A stretch of DNA of 64,000 nt from an uncultured Clostridia bacterium. Its GTDB lineage: Bacteria > Bacillota > Clostridia > Christensenellales > CAG-917. Below, piece by piece: positions 8,140 through 18,345 of the stretch. Location of the stretch: the NCBI GenBank assembly GCA_963542015.1, contig CAUTUX010000006.1, positions 1,471 through 65,470 of the forward strand. The letters are read 5' to 3'. Position 1 is the stretch's first letter. The number at the start of each line of letters is the position of its first letter. Both the position numbers and the translations under genes were made by a program. The notes below the pieces were generated by a model that had not been told where the DNA came from, searched no databases, and was given only the letters and a program-made list of their open reading frames with translations.

Positions 8140-10671
8140 TTAAGCGAGGTCTTTAAGTTTAGGATATCCAGTATCAGGTCCAGGAGTACCATAGAATTTA
8201 GGAATATCCCAAATACTCTTATCACGAGTTAATGGATTATTGTTTAGTTCCTTGCCAGGTTCATTATTCTGGAAGTAAAGGTTATCATTTGTCTTTTTAG
8301 CATTTGAACTAAATAGGTTATGATCATTTACTTTAACATCTTTGAGGTTTGCACCTTTTGAATCTTTTGCAAAATAGTCTTCACCGTTAACTTTAATAAA
8401 TCCGAATTTATTATCTCCAGTTCCTGCAGTACAAATTAGAGCGATATTGCTTGCCAGAGATGTGTCATCTTTGAAGTCTTCATACCAGTCAAGTCCAAGC
8501 TCTAGACGGCTCGTATCGTATTCTGCACCCTTCTTAGATTCGATCTCAGTTTTCAAATCAATTAAAAATTTGCGGTATCCAGCACGACCATATTTCAACA
8601 TATTATCATTATCATTTATGCTATCACGCCTTGCAGCAAAATATGAGAAACGAAGTTTTGTTACATTTTCAGCTAGCTTGATATTTACATTCCCGTGTAA
8701 AAATACGGAAGAAACAGTTGCATCTTTATCTGTGAATTTTTTATATGTAGAGTAGTTTACAGCACCAAAATAGATTTCGTTTTTAGAATTAATATTTGTT
8801 ACTGTTAATTTTAAATCAACACCAAGAACAATGTTGCGGTTTTCACCAATAAAACCACCCATTTTGAATCCGTCCGAATTGTCAACTCGCACAGTCGTAT
8901 CTGAAGATACAGTTTTGATTTCTCCAGAATTTATTCCAACACCGCCACCAATATAGGTATTGTCAGAACCTAAATTAGCGGTAGGGCTGTTAACAACCAA
9001 TTCAAATTTATTTTTAACCTTTTCGATTTGTCCTTCATTTTCACCAGCGATACCACCAATGATGCTCTCATTTACATTGTCAAGGTTCTTTATTTTAATG
9101 TCTGTAGAATCACCAGTAATTGCTGACCCATGATTTTTAGCAACAATACCACCAAACACAACTGATTTAGCAGTCAATCCAACAGTTGCGGTGACTGAGC
9201 AATCACTTATGGAAGTAGTAGTGTTTGAGCTTTTTAATGACAGATAAGCAATACCGCCAAATGCAACTGCGTTGTTACTTGTTAAACTCAAGTCATCAAA
9301 TTTAACAGTACAGTTGATTATCTTGCCATTATTTACATGTGCTATTCCAGATACATAATTTTTATCAGCATCATTTGTGTCGAACTTTGGATTTACAACA
9401 TTAAGTTTATTTATTTCACCTTCGTTATAACCAAACAAGCTGAAAGCCTTAGAGTTGCCGTCGCCATTAAATCCTTTTATTTTGGCACCTGCAGCAAAAT
9501 CAATCTTTTTATCATTTCCATCAAATCTACCCTTGAATGGGAAACTTGCATCTGAGAATAAGGCTTCTATTTCTCCAGTAAATGTTATATCGTTAGTTAA
9601 CTTAATAATTGATTCTTGAAGTTGTTTCTTTTTTGCGTCATCATTACTATTTTTTACAGTTTCAATTTTTCCAACTAATTTATTGTATTCGTCTTCGCTA
9701 CCTATTGTTTCGACACTTGAGTATTTTGCATATAAAGTTACATTTTCTTTTAGAGGATCTCCTTCAACATTTCCATCTTTAAAGTTGTATGTGATTTCAG
9801 TATATTTCTTTTCCTTGTTGCTGTTTGTATATTCTTTTTCATAGTACCAGTGGTGAACAACTTTATCATCAGGTAAATTGAACATGTCATCGGTGCGAGT
9901 AACGGCGTCATATTCTTTTATTGTTTTTTTAGCAATTATTGTATTTCCAGTTTCTTTATCTTTAAATTCAACAGTTATGTCAGCAGCTTCTGTTCTCCAT
10001 TTAGCGTGAAGTTTGTTTTCTTTTACATTTAAATATTTCCATTCACCTAGCAAAGAAACGACATTTGCACCCTTTTTTGCCAAATCACTTACTTGAATTT
10101 CTTTGTCGTTTTCATCTTTGATATACCAGTATAAGAATTTATCACAGATATTTGTGAATTCCGTTTCCTTACCAGACTTCACTTTAGGAACACTAATTTT
10201 AGTATCTTTGCTCCCATAATATATTGTTTGTTCTTTATCAATATCTACAAAATCTTTGCCCTTGCCGACATCTAAAGTAAGTTTATACTTTTGAGATTCA
10301 AACTTTGGAGATACCGTCATATTCTCCTTGACTTCATCTCCTTCTTTTAAGAGAGTTAAAGTGCTTTTTCCTGTTATTCTCCAACCTTTGAAGTCGTAGC
10401 CAGTTTTGCTTTTTTGAGGAAGATAAACAAGGTTGCTTTTATCATCTTTATTAACATCTTTGTTTTTCTCGTCAAAAGTAAATTTTGCACCTGATTTACG
10501 CTTTATTTTTAAATCTGATGTTCCATCTTCATACTTGATGGTTATCTCATAAATATTTGCTTCGCTATCTTTTCCAGGTGTTTTTTTCTTATTCTTTGTA
10601 CATCCCGTTAGGGCTACAACTAGTAAAGAAACGATTAACAATATGAGTAATTTAGATAATTTTTTAGTCAT
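8140..10671 (-). CDS. Large surface lipoprotein with Listeria-Bacteroides (Flg_new-type) repeats and GLUG-like repeats
   Basis: 843 aa. Signal peptide with lipobox LVVALTGC. Repeats are of the GYDFKGWR / FLYWY type. The C-terminal half has multiple GGIAGENEGxI / GGFIGENRN / GGIVAKNHG (GLUG-like) motifs. RBS GGAG lies before the ATG. Confidence 0.8.
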   Translation of the reverse strand: MTKKLSKLLILLIVSLLVVALTGCTKNKKKTPGKDSEANIYEITIKYEDGTSDLKIKRKSGAKFTFDEKNKDVNKDDKSNLVYLPQKSKTGYDFKGWRITGKSTLTLLKEGDEVKENMTVSPKFESQKYKLTLDVGKGKDFVDIDKEQTIYYGSKDTKISVPKVKSGKETEFTNICDKFLYWYIKDENDKEIQVSDLAKKGANVVSLLGEWKYLNVKENKLHAKWRTEAADITVEFKDKETGNTIIAKKTIKEYDAVTRTDDMFNLPDDKVVHHWYYEKEYTNSNKEKKYTEITYNFKDGNVEGDPLKENVTLYAKYSSVETIGSEDEYNKLVGKIETVKNSNDDAKKKQLQESIIKLTNDITFTGEIEALFSDASFPFKGRFDGNDKKIDFAAGAKIKGFNGDGNSKAFSLFGYNEGEINKLNVVNPKFDTNDADKNYVSGIAHVNNGKIINCTVKFDDLSLTSNNAVAFGGIAYLSLKSSNTTTSISDCSVTATVGLTAKSVVFGGIVAKNHGSAITGDSTDIKIKNLDNVNESIIGGIAGENEGQIEKVKNKFELVVNSPTANLGSDNTYIGGGVGINSGEIKTVSSDTTVRVDNSDGFKMGGFIGENRNIVLGVDLKLTVTNINSKNEIYFGAVNYSTYKKFTDKDATVSSVFLHGNVNIKLAENVTKLRFSYFAARRDSINDNDNMLKYGRAGYRKFLIDLKTEIESKKGAEYDTSRLELGLDWYEDFKDDTSLASNIALICTAGTGDNKFGFIKVNGEDYFAKDSKGANLKDVKVNDHNLFSSNAKKTNDNLYFQNNEPGKELNNNPLTRDKSIWDIPKFYGTPGPDTGYPKLKDLA

Positions 10672-10746
10672 TCAAAACTCCTATGCACTGAACATATATG
10701 AATATAATATATATAATATATTTACCAATTGCCAAATAAATTTAAT

Positions 10747-12069
10747 TTAAATCTGTATTTTGAATATTAAGTTCATAATATAGAGCCCTGCAAGGGCGGC
10801 GAGAAGCGTTGGAATAGTTACAATAGTACCCACTTTAATAAATTCTCCAAAAGAAAGTTTAAAATGTTTGTGCCTTATTGTGCTACGCCACATAGTTGCG
10901 TTCATTGCTGAAACTGGGGTAAGGAGTGACCCGATATTTGAGCCTATAATTGTTGCAAAAATTGCAAGTACTAAGAAAGATGAATTTAAGTTTTTAATCA
11001 TGTTAGTAAAAAGAAGACTCATTGCAATATTGTTCAATAAGTTAGAAAAAATAACCGATAAGAAACCAGAAGTAAGCACAGTATTTTTATTATTAAATAT
11101 TGCAGAAAAATCACGAGTGATACCTGCAGTTTCCAATCCCAGAACAATTAGAAACATTGAGAGTAAGAATGGAATAAGGTGCCATGGCATTCTTCTTAGG
11201 GTTTTCCGTATTTTCTTTAAAGACTGTTTTTTTGCTAAGAAACAAATTGTTCCAGAGACAAATACAAACAAGAACGATGTTAATGAAACAATCCACATTG
11301 GGAATTTTGTAAACTGTGAAATGATTAATAAAAAAGTACATACCGATATCCCGATTACTCCAATTGCAAGAGCAGGAAGATTTAGAATCCTTACATTCAT
11401 TGGTGCAAACGATAGAGGTTGTTTCAAACGCTTTTTAAAAATCAAATACAAGATGGATAGTGACATTGCAGAGGCAAAAACTGTTGGCACTGTCATCATT
11501 CCTAGGTAATCAATGAAATTTATGCCAAAAGTAGTAGCAATGTAGTTGTTCGTGATGTTCCCAATAAGAGAAAACATGCTCCAGGTATTTGCAGAAACGA
11601 ACTCAACAAATAGAAAAGGTTTAGGGTCAATTTCAGCGTTCTTTGCGAAGTAGCAGATAAATGGAGTGAAGGTTAAAATGACTGTGGCGTTGTTTGTAAG
11701 AACTGTAAGAAAGGCAACAATAAAATATAAAATAAAAAACATTTGAACTTGAGTGAGTCCATTTTTTCTAAGAGCTTTTACAGCAATTAACCTAAAAAAA
11801 CCAGTTTGATCTAGAAATATTGACATACCTGATAATGAAATGAATATTACAAGTATAAACAGCGGATTCATGCTTGAATCTGTCAATCTGTTATGAAACA
11901 TATTGAAAGGTACTGCCTTAGTTAAAAGAAGAGTTACACCAGAAAAAAAGGGAACCAACCAATACAAGTGCAGTTTAAATTTTTTTATGTGCACATTTAA
12001 GTTAAATATCATGCAAATGATTGTACTTATGCAAGATACAACAAGAGCAGATATAGCTAAACTCTTCAT
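10747..12069 (-). CDS. ArsB/NhaD-superfamily (anion/cation permease-like) membrane transporter
   Basis: 440 aa and polytopic, with about 10-12 hydrophobic segments. Motifs are typical of the ArsB/NhaD/CitMHS fold (LTNNATVILTFTP, SANTWSMFSLIGNITN). Substrate is unknown. Confidence 0.65.
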   Translation of the reverse strand: MKSLAISALVVSCISTIICMIFNLNVHIKKFKLHLYWLVPFFSGVTLLLTKAVPFNMFHNRLTDSSMNPLFILVIFISLSGMSIFLDQTGFFRLIAVKALRKNGLTQVQMFFILYFIVAFLTVLTNNATVILTFTPFICYFAKNAEIDPKPFLFVEFVSANTWSMFSLIGNITNNYIATTFGINFIDYLGMMTVPTVFASAMSLSILYLIFKKRLKQPLSFAPMNVRILNLPALAIGVIGISVCTFLLIISQFTKFPMWIVSLTSFLFVFVSGTICFLAKKQSLKKIRKTLRRMPWHLIPFLLSMFLIVLGLETAGITRDFSAIFNNKNTVLTSGFLSVIFSNLLNNIAMSLLFTNMIKNLNSSFLVLAIFATIIGSNIGSLLTPVSAMNATMWRSTIRHKHFKLSFGEFIKVGTIVTIPTLLAALAGLYIMNLIFKIQI

Positions 12070-12259
12070 AATATTTAATTGTACCCTAAAAAAAGGTTGA
12101 ATTCCATATCAAAATATATATAAATCGACAAATTAGTCCGATTAGAAACGCTAAAAATAACATATAGTGAAAAGATGTTTCTCATAAAGAAGTGGCGTTT
12201 AATGACATCGAAAAAAGTAGACTTAATGCCACCAGGCCCTTTTAAAAAACAGTATTTAA

Positions 12260-12288
12260 TTGCAAAATTAAGTTTGGTGTGTTAAGCT
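12260..12288 (+). promoter_or_regulatory. Putative promoter of tRNA-Ser (TTGCAA-17 nt-TAAGCT)
   Basis: -35-like TTGCAA at 12260-12265 and -10-like TAAGCT at 12283-12288 with 17 nt between them. It lies 14 nt upstream of the tRNA. Confidence 0.4.
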
Positions 12289-12302
12289 AAAACCACTTTT
12301 AT

Positions 12303-12393
12303 GGAGATTTACCCAAGTGGTCGAAGGGGCTCCCCTGCTAAGGGAGTAGTACGGTAACACGTAGCTAGGGTTCAAATCCCTAAATCTCCGCCA
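12303..12393 (+). tRNA. tRNA-Ser (GCU), class II with long variable arm
   Basis: GGAGATT acceptor. Anticodon stem CTCCC/GGGAG flanks loop CUGCUAA. It has a long extra arm, T-loop TTCAAAT and an encoded CCA. Confidence 0.92.
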
Positions 12394-12752
12394 AACAAAA
12401 AAAAATTAAAAGCTAGTTTACTGAAAAATTCAATCAACAAATTCCGTATTAATTTACAAAGATGTATATTTTTCTTTCTTGTTATTCTAAGCATTTCCAT
12501 CAAGTGAATTTGTAAAAATCGACAACACAAATCATAGTTTTTTAGAAAAAAATAGCATCAGCAAGTGATAAATTTTACGATAATTCAAATTTAAGATATG
12601 TATTTTTTTGCACCGTTATTTATCAAAACATATATATATTAACTATATGTTATCTAACTTATATATATTTAGGGCAATTTTTGAGGTCTCAGATAAGGCT
12701 TTTTTTATTATATGATATAATTAATTTTGTAGTTTTATGCATGGGAGGAAGA

Positions 12753-15700
12753 ATGCTGCAACTTAAGAAAATTGAAAAAGAATACAACATAAATAAAAAA
12801 GAATCTATAAAAGTACTACATGACATAGATATAGAATTTAGAGAAAAAGAATTTGTATCCATACTTGGACCGAGTGGATGTGGCAAGACCACATTGTTGA
12901 ATATAATAGGTGGATTGGATAAAGCCACTGCTGGCGACATAATCATTGAAGGCAAGAAAATTAAAGATTTTGACGCATTAGAACTTGATACATATAGAAG
13001 CAAAAGTATAGGTTTTATATTTCAGTCATACAACTTAATCCCAACAATGAATATATTGCAAAACGTTGAGTTAGCATTAACAATTGCAGGTGTTGCAAAA
13101 AGTGAGAGAAAGAAAAGAGCCCAAGAAGCATTGGAACTTGTTGGATTAAAAAATCATTTAAGAAAAAAACCAACTCAAATGTCAGGTGGACAGATGCAGA
13201 GAGTGGCAATAGCAAGAGCTCTTGTTAATGAACCTAACATCATACTTGCAGATGAACCAACGGGAGCACTTGATTCGGAGTCTGGCATACAGGTAATGGA
13301 TATTTTAAAGAAGATATCAGAAAAGAAACTTGTATTGATGGTAACCCATAATCCAGAACTTGCAGAAAAGTATAGTGACAGAATAATCAATTTAAAAGAT
13401 GGTGCGATCGTATCAGATACAAAGCCATATGATTCACAAAAGGATGGCAAGCAATTTGTTGATATTTCATATAGTGCACTCACACTTATGCGTGGAGACT
13501 TAAAACACGGGTTGTATAAAGCAAGAAAAAAGATAATGAAAAAGCACGGAATAAGTGAATATCTTTTTTCAGACATCCAACAGCTTAGAGAGAATGAAAT
13601 TCCTGAAAGATGTGTAGGCAAAGAACATTCAATAGAGAAGTTGAAAGAAAAAGCAGAAAAAAACAAAAGTGCTATTGATAAAATAATAGAGATTGAAAAA
13701 ATTATTACTAAAGCGAATACAGTTTCACTAAGTGAAGTAAATGAAATTAAGTACGACTACATCTTGAAAGATAAAGTTAAAGAGAGACTAGGATTTAAAC
13801 AGAACACGGACATTAATACAATAAGAGAAAATGTAGAAAAACTTCTTAAAAAAATAAGAAGAAAGATGTGTAGCGATAATTTCATGAGAGAAGATGTCGT
13901 CAACGATATGCTTAAATTGCGAAATTTATCAAAGGACAGAAAAATCGACCAAGGTAGTGAACTTGCTAATAAAGCAAGAACAAACAGAGAACTTCTGGAT
14001 TCAATTACTCAGTTAGATGAGGTAATAAGGCTCGTACCGAACGCAAGTGAAAAAGATCTAAAGAGAATAGTTGGGCAATATGGCACACAAGGATATCAAT
14101 TCCAGACAGCGGTGGGACGTTGGGTACAAAAACAAGTTTCGTCAGATCATTCATCTATGGATAGACGGACAACATTTAAATTATCCGCAAACAGCCTTAA
14201 GGAAAAGAAGAATAGAACTATCACGACGACATTTGCTGGTAGTATAGGAATAGTTGGAGTTATTCTCGTTTTGGGAATATCGTTTGGAATTAAGTCGTAT
14301 ATAAGAAAGACAGAAGAAGCATCGTTGGCAAAATATCCTATAGAAATTCAAAGAGAGGGTGTTGATGTTAATAGGATGTTAGAACTTGTAAAGAAAGCTG
14401 CGGAAGCAGATAAGACGAAGAAATGGCCTAAGACAAAGAGGGTACAGATAAACAAACTTGTAAGTTCAATATTAGGTGATTCTTTAACAAAGATGTCTGC
14501 AAATTCCAATGACCTTGCATTTGCCAAGAAAGAACTTGAAAAACATTTTAGAGAGAATAGCAAAGATGGATTTGTAAAAAGTGAATATGGAACAAACTTT
14601 TCTGTATTTGGTGAGAATAAAGAAGGTAAATTAACGAAGGTACACCCATATACCGATGTAATGGAGAGTTATCTTGATAAACTGCATTTGCCAGATGATA
14701 TAAAAGCTAGGGCTAAAGCTAATTCTCAGCAAATGGTTGAAGGATGGACAGAAAGTCCAAGTACCGAGCTACTAAAGACACAATATGAAAAAATAGCGGG
14801 CGAATGGTTTAGTGATAATCCAGAAACTGGTTATAGAGAAGTAATGCTGAGAACTGATGAACGGAATAGAATACCCGATTATGTTTTATGTCAACTTGGA
14901 TTGTTAGATGGAACTGATTTGCTTAATAAAGATTCAATAATGAAAGAGTTACCAAGCAACATAATTGGGCGTGAATACAACCTTGTTCCAAGATATAACT
15001 ATTTTGAAAAAGATTCTTCAGGAACATTTAACGAATTGGAGGAAAAATATTTTGACAAACAGGATGACTCTGACACGATCGAGAAAATTAATCAGAGGAT
15101 AAAAAATAAAACTCTTAGAGACAAAAATGGTAACGAAATAAAATTAAAAATAGTTGGAATTATAAGACCAAAGAAAAATACTGAGGCAACACTTTTATCG
15201 GGCAATGTAATATATTCGAGTAAATTAAATGAATACATTATTAGAAGAGGACTTGATACGGAAGTCGTAAAGGCACAGGCAAATGCATTGGCAGATTTTT
15301 CAAGTCCTAACTTTACTCTTAAAGTAAACTTTACAGATAGAACATTAGAAAGGATGGGGTTTGATCCAAAACTCATCAAAGAAGGAAAATTTAGAGAAGG
15401 TGCAACAATACCAAACGAAGCCAAGAAGGATACAACATATGAGAAAGTTATGCGAGAATTGGGCATTGCCGATTTGAATAATCCTAAGTCACTTAAATTG
15501 TATTTTTCATCATATGATGCAAAGGAGCGAGGGAAAAAGAAAATAGCTGAAATAAGACAAATGAATCTGCGAGAGCATATTCGAAATCCTATAACAAAAT
15601 TTATCGACAAACTAGGAGATGAAAATCCAGAGAAGAAAGCAGAAATAGTATACATAGATTTCTTGGAAGTAATAATGGGCTATGTACGACAAATGGCTAA

Positions 15701-16106
15701 AATTATAATTTATACACTTGTAAGTTTTTCATCTATTTCGTTAATAGTGTCAACAATAATGATTTCAATAATTGTTTACACATCTGTGTTAGAACGAAAA
15801 AAAGAGATAGGTGTTCTGCGAAGCTTGGGAGCGAGAAAGAAAGATGTATCAAGACTATTTACAGCAGAATCATTTATGCTTGGTGCGATATCTGGAGCAA
15901 TGGGAGTATTATTCTCTTTAATTATAGGTGGCATAGCAAATCTAGTTTTGAAGTATGTATATGAACAGCCGAGACTTGTAGGTATTACCTGGTATCACTG
16001 TCTTATAATGTTTGGGTTAAGTATTTTGCTTAGTGTAATTGCAGGATTTATACCAGCACAGCTGGCGGCGAAACAGGATCCAGCAGTAACGCTACGAACT
16101 CAGTAA
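12753..16106 (+). CDS. Fused MacB/FtsX-type ABC transporter (ATPase plus permease in one polypeptide)
   Basis: N-terminal ABC domain has Walker A GPSGCGKTT, signature MSGGQMQRVAIAR and Walker B ILADEPTGALD. A single TM segment (FAGSIGIVGVILVLGISFG) lies about 260 aa later. A very large extracytoplasmic domain follows, then a C-terminal FtsX-type 3-TM module. The ATG at 12753 is preferred because GGGAGGA lies upstream, whereas the track start 12681 adds 24 aa with no SD. Confidence 0.85.
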   Translation: MLQLKKIEKEYNINKKESIKVLHDIDIEFREKEFVSILGPSGCGKTTLLNIIGGLDKATAGDIIIEGKKIKDFDALELDTYRSKSIGFIFQSYNLIPTMNILQNVELALTIAGVAKSERKKRAQEALELVGLKNHLRKKPTQMSGGQMQRVAIARALVNEPNIILADEPTGALDSESGIQVMDILKKISEKKLVLMVTHNPELAEKYSDRIINLKDGAIVSDTKPYDSQKDGKQFVDISYSALTLMRGDLKHGLYKARKKIMKKHGISEYLFSDIQQLRENEIPERCVGKEHSIEKLKEKAEKNKSAIDKIIEIEKIITKANTVSLSEVNEIKYDYILKDKVKERLGFKQNTDINTIRENVEKLLKKIRRKMCSDNFMREDVVNDMLKLRNLSKDRKIDQGSELANKARTNRELLDSITQLDEVIRLVPNASEKDLKRIVGQYGTQGYQFQTAVGRWVQKQVSSDHSSMDRRTTFKLSANSLKEKKNRTITTTFAGSIGIVGVILVLGISFGIKSYIRKTEEASLAKYPIEIQREGVDVNRMLELVKKAAEADKTKKWPKTKRVQINKLVSSILGDSLTKMSANSNDLAFAKKELEKHFRENSKDGFVKSEYGTNFSVFGENKEGKLTKVHPYTDVMESYLDKLHLPDDIKARAKANSQQMVEGWTESPSTELLKTQYEKIAGEWFSDNPETGYREVMLRTDERNRIPDYVLCQLGLLDGTDLLNKDSIMKELPSNIIGREYNLVPRYNYFEKDSSGTFNELEEKYFDKQDDSDTIEKINQRIKNKTLRDKNGNEIKLKIVGIIRPKKNTEATLLSGNVIYSSKLNEYIIRRGLDTEVVKAQANALADFSSPNFTLKVNFTDRTLERMGFDPKLIKEGKFREGATIPNEAKKDTTYEKVMRELGIADLNNPKSLKLYFSSYDAKERGKKKIAEIRQMNLREHIRNPITKFIDKLGDENPEKKAEIVYIDFLEVIMGYVRQMAKIIIYTLVSFSSISLIVSTIMISIIVYTSVLERKKEIGVLRSLGARKKDVSRLFTAESFMLGAISGAMGVLFSLIIGGIANLVLKYVYEQPRLVGITWYHCLIMFGLSILLSVIAGFIPAQLAAKQDPAVTLRTQ

Positions 16107-16121
16107 ATAAGACTGGAAAAA

Positions 16122-17336
16122 TTATCCAAAAGGTTTGAAATCGCTTTCACTGTTGCTTAACAGTTCGGAAGCGATTTTATTTTTTACCACACCTCTCGTA
16201 ATGGATGTGAAACCGTATTTCTTTCGGACAGAGTCAATGGACTGTTCAAACTTGTCTTGTTTTGTATTGAAAAGGGTCAGTTGAGAAATGTCGTTTGAAA
16301 TAAATTTTGATACTCCTATTGATATACTTCTTAATGGTTGTGAAAAATCATAAAAAGATTTAATTAAGTCAATTGCATTTTCAGCGATATCGTTTGTTGA
16401 ATAAATTGGGAATACACTGCTGCTTTGTTTTTGCACAAAAGAAAGATTAGATCTTCGCAGAGAAACTGAAATTTGGTTAGCATGTACATTATACTCTCTA
16501 AGTCTCACAGCGATATTTTCACTTAAACCATAGATGATGGGTAGACACTCTTCAATATTAAACATATCTTTTGCGGTTGTAATACCGTTGGATAAACTTT
16601 TAGGGAATGATTTATCAAGATAGTGTCTTACAGTATCATCTGATAATCCTCGTGCCATATTGGTAAGGTCTTTTCCTATAGAGCCAAAGACTTGTTTCAT
16701 CAGAGAGTCGTCGGCATAATATAAATCACCAATGGTAAAGATATTTAGATTATTAAGTTTGCGATATATTTTACTCCCGATATATATCAAAAAGTTTGCT
16801 GGCAATTTTTTGATTTTATTAAAATATTCATCGGGCAAAAGAGAAGTGATGGCATCAGGCTTTTTTAAATCGCTACCCAATTTAGCAAGAGCTTTTGTAA
16901 AGGATATTCCAACGGAAATCGTTAAGCCAGTTTCAGCCTTAACGGTATCTTTTATGTTTGTTGCAATATCAAAAGGTAGACCAAGAATTTTTTCAGAATT
17001 TGTTAAATCAAGGAAGCATTCATCAATGCCAAACCTTTCCACCCTATCTGTGTATCTTGTGTAAATATTAAATACTGTTTTTGAATATTTTGCATAGTCA
17101 TCGTACTGAGGCTTTAAGATTATTAAATCCTTACATTTCTTTTTTGCCGAATGAAGGGGCTCGCCCGTTTGTACATTATACTTTTTAGCTATTTCATTTT
17201 TTGCCAAAATTACGCCATGCCGTAATTCTTCGTCACCCCCTACAGCTACTGGCATATCTCTATATTCGGGATGTGAAAGTAAATTTACGGATGCGAAAAA
17301 GTTGTTTAGATCGCAATGTAGAATTAGCTTCTTCAT
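16122..17336 (-). CDS. dinB: Y-family DNA polymerase IV
   Basis: 404 aa. The N-terminus MKKLILHCDLNNFFASV and the motifs GIDECFLD and SVGIS are typical of DinB/UmuC-family polymerases. Confidence 0.9.
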   Translation of the reverse strand: MKKLILHCDLNNFFASVNLLSHPEYRDMPVAVGGDEELRHGVILAKNEIAKKYNVQTGEPLHSAKKKCKDLIILKPQYDDYAKYSKTVFNIYTRYTDRVERFGIDECFLDLTNSEKILGLPFDIATNIKDTVKAETGLTISVGISFTKALAKLGSDLKKPDAITSLLPDEYFNKIKKLPANFLIYIGSKIYRKLNNLNIFTIGDLYYADDSLMKQVFGSIGKDLTNMARGLSDDTVRHYLDKSFPKSLSNGITTAKDMFNIEECLPIIYGLSENIAVRLREYNVHANQISVSLRRSNLSFVQKQSSSVFPIYSTNDIAENAIDLIKSFYDFSQPLRSISIGVSKFISNDISQLTLFNTKQDKFEQSIDSVRKKYGFTSITRGVVKNKIASELLSNSESDFKPFG

Positions 17337-17466
17337 GAATACAGTTTAACACAAGAGCAATAAAACAAAGCAAAGGGGATTGGGCTGTTGCGAATGAAGC
17401 TATGTCTATAAACAAAAAAAGGCAGATATGATATAATCAAAAAAGCACAGAAATAAACGAGGTTTT

Positions 17467-18345
17467 ATGAAAGTTAGAAAAGCGATTATCCCATGTGCGG
17501 GATTTGGTACGAGATTTTTGCCAATAACAAAAGTGGTACCAAAAGAAATTTTGCCAATAATTGATACCCCAACACTTGAGTACATAATGGACGAAGCTGA
17601 ACAAGCAGGTATTGAAGAAATAATGCTCATTGTTTCTAAGGAGAAGTTATCAGCAATCCAGAGACTAATAGAAGGGAATCTAGACTTAAACAAATTTCTT
17701 TTAGAAGTTAAAAAAGATAAGGAATACAAATTAGCCAACAAAGAAAGAAAAATGAAAATCAGTTTTGCCATTCAACAAAAGATGGATGGTAATGGAAGGG
17801 CAATAGAGTGTGCAAAGGATTTCGCTGCAGGAGAGCCTATAGCTGTGTTATTTGGCGATGATGTTATGAGACAGACATGTGACCGCAATGTAACTAAGCA
17901 ACTTATAGATGCTTACGAGAAATTAGAAAAGAATGTCGTTGGCTGTCAAAGGACGGATGAAACGATAGCAAGACGTTGCGGAGTTATGAAGATAAAAGAT
18001 CAGATTGATGAAAGAACTTTTGATATAAATGGGATTATAGAAAAACCAAAAGGCGATTTACCATCCGATCTTGTTTCGCTTGGTAGATTTATTTTACATC
18101 CTGAGATTTTTGAAGTGCTGGCAAAAATGAAGCCAGATAAGGTAACGGGAGAAATATATCTAACGGAGGCGTTAAGTGAACTTGCCGAGAAAGGTAGGGT
18201 TGTAGCGTATGACTTTGTTGGAGACAGATATGACATCGGAAATAAGTTAGGGTTTATATTGGCGAATATTGATTTCGCACTTTTAGATCCTTTATATCGT
18301 GATGATTTGATTAAACATTTAAAGGGATTAAATCTTAATGTCTAA
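17467..18345 (+). CDS. galU: UTP--glucose-1-phosphate uridylyltransferase
   Basis: 292 aa. KAIIPCAGFGTRFLPITKVVPKEILPI is the canonical GalU N-terminal signature. Confidence 0.9.
   Translation: MKVRKAIIPCAGFGTRFLPITKVVPKEILPIIDTPTLEYIMDEAEQAGIEEIMLIVSKEKLSAIQRLIEGNLDLNKFLLEVKKDKEYKLANKERKMKISFAIQQKMDGNGRAIECAKDFAAGEPIAVLFGDDVMRQTCDRNVTKQLIDAYEKLEKNVVGCQRTDETIARRCGVMKIKDQIDERTFDINGIIEKPKGDLPSDLVSLGRFILHPEIFEVLAKMKPDKVTGEIYLTEALSELAEKGRVVAYDFVGDRYDIGNKLGFILANIDFALLDPLYRDDLIKHLKGLNLNV

Noticed and set aside
10868-11509. 213-aa plus-strand ORF inside the ArsB/NhaD transporter gene
   Set aside because: It is antisense to a coherent polytopic membrane protein and has no RBS or motifs. The same reasoning applies to other long antisense ORFs in the track, for example 18646-19221, 15092-15655, 13175-13666, 6312-6764 and 453-878.
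12070-12300. Possible cation riboswitch in the 5' leader of the ArsB/NhaD-type transporter (minus strand)
   Set aside because: Only weak, short helices could be drawn (for example 12205-12210 with 12226-12232). I cannot recall or match any riboswitch consensus, and the region also has to house the tRNA-Ser promoter on the other strand.
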